Assembly (NCBI GenBank): GCA_963552845.1 | Contig: CAUVMY010000001.1 | Coordinates: forward strand, 1 to 27,104 | Length of the DNA: 27,104 nucleotides | Direction of reading: 5' to 3' | From: an uncultured Bacteroidia bacterium | Lineage (GTDB): Bacteria; Bacteroidota; Bacteroidia; Bacteroidales; CAJPTX01 | In this document: one piece after another, positions 24,343-27,104 of the stretch | Position numbering within the stretch: position 1 is the first letter of the stretch | How the letters are laid out: each line of letters begins with the position of its first letter | Notes under the pieces: generated by a model | Told to the model about the DNA's origin: nothing | The model's database searches: none | What the model saw: only the letters and a program-made list of their open reading frames with translations | Made by a program: the position numbers and the translations under genes

Positions 24343-27104
24343 ATGCCCCTCCGTCGTTCTTGGCTTATAAGATTGTTGTTTGTCGTATTGTGCTTTCTCC
24401 TCCCCTTTGAGTCCCTCAAGGCACAATACTACCCCGTACAGGGGACACTCCAAGTGAAGCGCCCCTATAGCCTCTACCTGAACGACTACGCCCTTCCCAG
24501 CCGCGAAGCCTTGGTGGTGAGCCTCACCAACCGCGACATCCAACACCCCACGCTACAAGTCCGCCTCCGCTTGCGCATCAAGAACAGCGCCTGCTTGGTA
24601 CAAACACGCGACGAGCACTACTTTAGCCCCTTCAGCCTCGAGGTAAACTTCCCCGTACGCCTCACCTCCTCCGACTTGCAAGAGTACTTCCGCCCCGATG
24701 CCCTCGGCGGCTACGGTCTCCGCGGCGATAAACTCCCCGATGGCTATACCGAGTTCGCCGTACAAGTAGTGGATGCCTTCTCAGGTCTCCCCCTCTCCGA
24801 CTGGATCACCACAACCCTCTTCCTCGAGAGCCTAAAGCCCCCCGAACTCATCCTCCCACAAGACCATGAACAGATCGCCTACCGTACCCCTCAACGCATT
24901 CTTTTTCAGTGGTATCCTCGCCACCAAGCCCAGAGCCGCACCACCTACGAGTTCGTACTAAAAGAACTCCCCGACAGCGGCGCTCCCGCCCCCGCCGCCT
25001 TCGCTTACGGCATAGAAGTCTATCGTACCGAATGTCATACCCCCTTCTTCGAATATACAGGGTACGAGACCTACCTCTCCCCCCATCGCCGCTACGCTTG
25101 GCAAGTCCACGCCCTTTTGCATGACGGCGGCGAAGCGCTCGGCATCTTTGAAAACGACGGCTACTCTCAAGTTTTCAGCTTTACCCTTACCGAAAACTGC
25201 CCCGCGCCCCAATATCTCAAGAGTAATACAGGTTACGCCCGCGCCGACCTTAGCTGGCGCGTCGAACCCCGCGCCCGCGGCTATGTGGTAGCCTATCGCC
25301 CCAAAAGCGCCAAAGATGACTTTTTTGAGTGGAAAACCGAAGAGGTCTCCACGACGAACTTCACACTCCGCGGTTTACGCCTCGGTTGGACCTACCAGTG
25401 GCGCGTCGGCACCCTGTGCAGCGGCGATACCCCCGTTTATTCCCCCCTCTCCGAGTTCACCCTCAGCACCCAAAACGAAGCGCTGCTCGCCAACTGCGGC
25501 AAACGTCCCCCCGATGCCAAACCCCTTAGCTCCACCCCCAAACTAGACCTTGCCGTCGGCGACCAAGTGATCATCGGAGGCGACTTCCCGATGCGCATTA
25601 CCTCCCTAACGAACCTTGGCGACGGCTGGTATTCAGGTCGCGGTACTACAGAGATCAGAGCGATAATCTCCGTTTCTAACATCGCTTTGCGCTTTGATCG
25701 CCTTCGCGTGAATACCGACGGTTACCAGATCGATGGAACCGTGGAAAGCGTTTATGACAGCAGCCATTCCACCATAGCGAATACCGACCTGCTCGACGAC
25801 GGCGGTCATCCCTTGCGCCACGTAGAACTCCGTCTCCGCGAACATCGTCTTAATTTCCCCCTTCCCGCCAATCCGACCGTACACTACAACCCCACAACAC
25901 AACAACTTGAGATTGAAGACGAACACGGTGCGGTGCATCATGTTCCTTTGGATATCCCCCAAAACGAGCACTATAAGTCGATCTTCCCATTCGTACTAAC
26001 CGACTCCGAAGGGCATCGTTATAGCCTCACCCCCGAAGACGATAACTCACAGTCCTCCTCAGCTCCTAATGCCCCAGCCAACGGCAAACAACGCCTCGTT
26101 GTGCAACGTCTGGAGCGTGTAGGTCTGTTTAATGGGAACAAACTCGTTACCGAATATGGCACGATGCGCTTTACGCGCGGCAACGGCATTTATGCTTTTG
26201 ATGATGGTACAACCGCCACGAAGTACTTCCTACAAGGTTCTACGAAGCTCGATAGCTACTATACCCCTTTGGCAAAAGGCTATACCGTTCCGTGGAAACT
26301 CGTACCTGTGGGTACGAGCGATGTCGTAGAGGCCTCTTTTGAGAGTAAGAAGCGCAAACCCATAGATCCCAAACGCGTAAAGTTTGTGCAAGTGACAGGC
26401 GAGACACTCCCCACCCAGTACGACTCCGTAAATGCCCTCTGGCGCATAAATTTGCCCAGTGTTTCCGCCAATGAAAGTTACGACCTCTTTGCTCTTTTGG
26501 GCGGCGACCTCGTAGGCAAACTGCGCGTGGTGAGTTACCCCCAGCAGACGCACCGCGTGACACTTGTAACACTGTCCCATGCCCCCGCAGAGGAAAATAG
26601 CACCGCAAACAATGCTATAGATGTGGAAGGCCTGCAGCGCGCCCTAAATGCGATCTATGCCCCCGTGGGTGTGCAGTTTACCGTAGATACGCAGACGTTA
26701 CGCCTTCCCTCCGATGCAACGTGGGATTTAGACGGCGACGGAAGCCTAAGCTTAGAAGGCACGAGTTTCTTCGGTAAACCGCAGGAGGTGAAAGAGAGTG
26801 CCGAGATGCTCGCCCTGCAACGCCTTTTCAAAGAGTATGGTAATTATCACCCCAATGAGCGCTATCTTTTTGTTCTTCCGTCAAGCAAAAGTAGCGATAA
26901 GCAACTTGCTGTATTAGGCGACATGCCCCGCGGCAGTCAGTTTGGTTACCTCTTTACGGGCACAGGCAAACGCGCTCTTAGTAGTAACGATTTGTCGCGC
27001 TTGGTCGCCCATGAGTTGGGTCACGGACTCTTTACCTTGCAGCATACCTTTGATGCCGAATACGGCAACAAGCGCAGCAAGGGCAAGACCGACAACCTGA
27101 TGGA
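24343..27104 (+). CDS. Large secreted protein, partial (over 920 aa, runs off window): TANFOR-like N-terminal region, fibronectin type III domain, zinc metallopeptidase motif; probable polymorphic toxin trunk
   Basis: Open frame from ATG 24343 (alternative ATG 24289) to window end. MPLRRSWLIRLLFVVLCFLLPFESLKA/QYYPVQ..PYSLYLNDY..; 'ILFQWYPRH', 'YAWQVHA..IFENDGYSQVFSF'; FN3 'LSWR..YVVAYR..LRGLRLGWTYQWRVGTLC'; HELGHGLFTLQH at 27010-27045 and 'NLM' at the end. Confidence 0.85.
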   Translation, partial: MPLRRSWLIRLLFVVLCFLLPFESLKAQYYPVQGTLQVKRPYSLYLNDYALPSREALVVSLTNRDIQHPTLQVRLRLRIKNSACLVQTRDEHYFSPFSLEVNFPVRLTSSDLQEYFRPDALGGYGLRGDKLPDGYTEFAVQVVDAFSGLPLSDWITTTLFLESLKPPELILPQDHEQIAYRTPQRILFQWYPRHQAQSRTTYEFVLKELPDSGAPAPAAFAYGIEVYRTECHTPFFEYTGYETYLSPHRRYAWQVHALLHDGGEALGIFENDGYSQVFSFTLTENCPAPQYLKSNTGYARADLSWRVEPRARGYVVAYRPKSAKDDFFEWKTEEVSTTNFTLRGLRLGWTYQWRVGTLCSGDTPVYSPLSEFTLSTQNEALLANCGKRPPDAKPLSSTPKLDLAVGDQVIIGGDFPMRITSLTNLGDGWYSGRGTTEIRAIISVSNIALRFDRLRVNTDGYQIDGTVESVYDSSHSTIANTDLLDDGGHPLRHVELRLREHRLNFPLPANPTVHYNPTTQQLEIEDEHGAVHHVPLDIPQNEHYKSIFPFVLTDSEGHRYSLTPEDDNSQSSSAPNAPANGKQRLVVQRLERVGLFNGNKLVTEYGTMRFTRGNGIYAFDDGTTATKYFLQGSTKLDSYYTPLAKGYTVPWKLVPVGTSDVVEASFESKKRKPIDPKRVKFVQVTGETLPTQYDSVNALWRINLPSVSANESYDLFALLGGDLVGKLRVVSYPQQTHRVTLVTLSHAPAEENSTANNAIDVEGLQRALNAIYAPVGVQFTVDTQTLRLPSDATWDLDGDGSLSLEGTSFFGKPQEVKESAEMLALQRLFKEYGNYHPNERYLFVLPSSKSSDKQLAVLGDMPRGSQFGYLFTGTGKRALSSNDLSRLVAHELGHGLFTLQHTFDAEYGNKRSKGKTDNLM

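Noticed and set aside
24283..26608. Many short ORFs listed on both strands in the last 3 kb
   Set aside because: They are shadow ORFs of the single long + strand frame starting at 24343
1..27104. CRISPR arrays, IS elements, rRNA, DnaA-box cluster
   Set aside because: No regularly spaced repeats, transposase motifs, rRNA-like sequence or clustered TTATCCACA boxes were seen on reading

Overview
This 27 kb window is chromosomal DNA from a Bacteroidota (most likely Bacteroidales) bacterium, judged from TAnnTTTG promoters, Gln at +1 after signal peptides, and T9SS genes. Core content: a sigma54-type activator-lptE-TPR-secG operon, an ECF sigma/anti-sigma pair with a probable autoregulatory promoter, a CAP lipoprotein, a DEDD exonuclease, tRNA-Arg(CCG), an FKBP PPIase, DUF3127, a beta-helix lipoprotein, selU/mnmH, a parS-like site, ddl, nfo and porW-porX-tsaE. 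There are two accessory parts. (1) At 6480-12992, two divergent cassettes share the layout promoter, small Cys-containing secreted peptide, terminator-like hairpin, GLPGLI protein; the right one adds an outer-membrane beta-barrel. They flank an orphan, apparently degenerate restriction-endonuclease-like gene. This looks like an uncharacterised peptide export, display or sensing system. (2) At 24343->27104 is a large ORF missing from the supplied track because it runs off the window. It encodes a secreted TANFOR-like/FN3 protein with a metzincin-type Zn site and atypical C-rich codon usage, probably the trunk of a polymorphic toxin. All family assignments come from motif recognition by eye; no searches were run.
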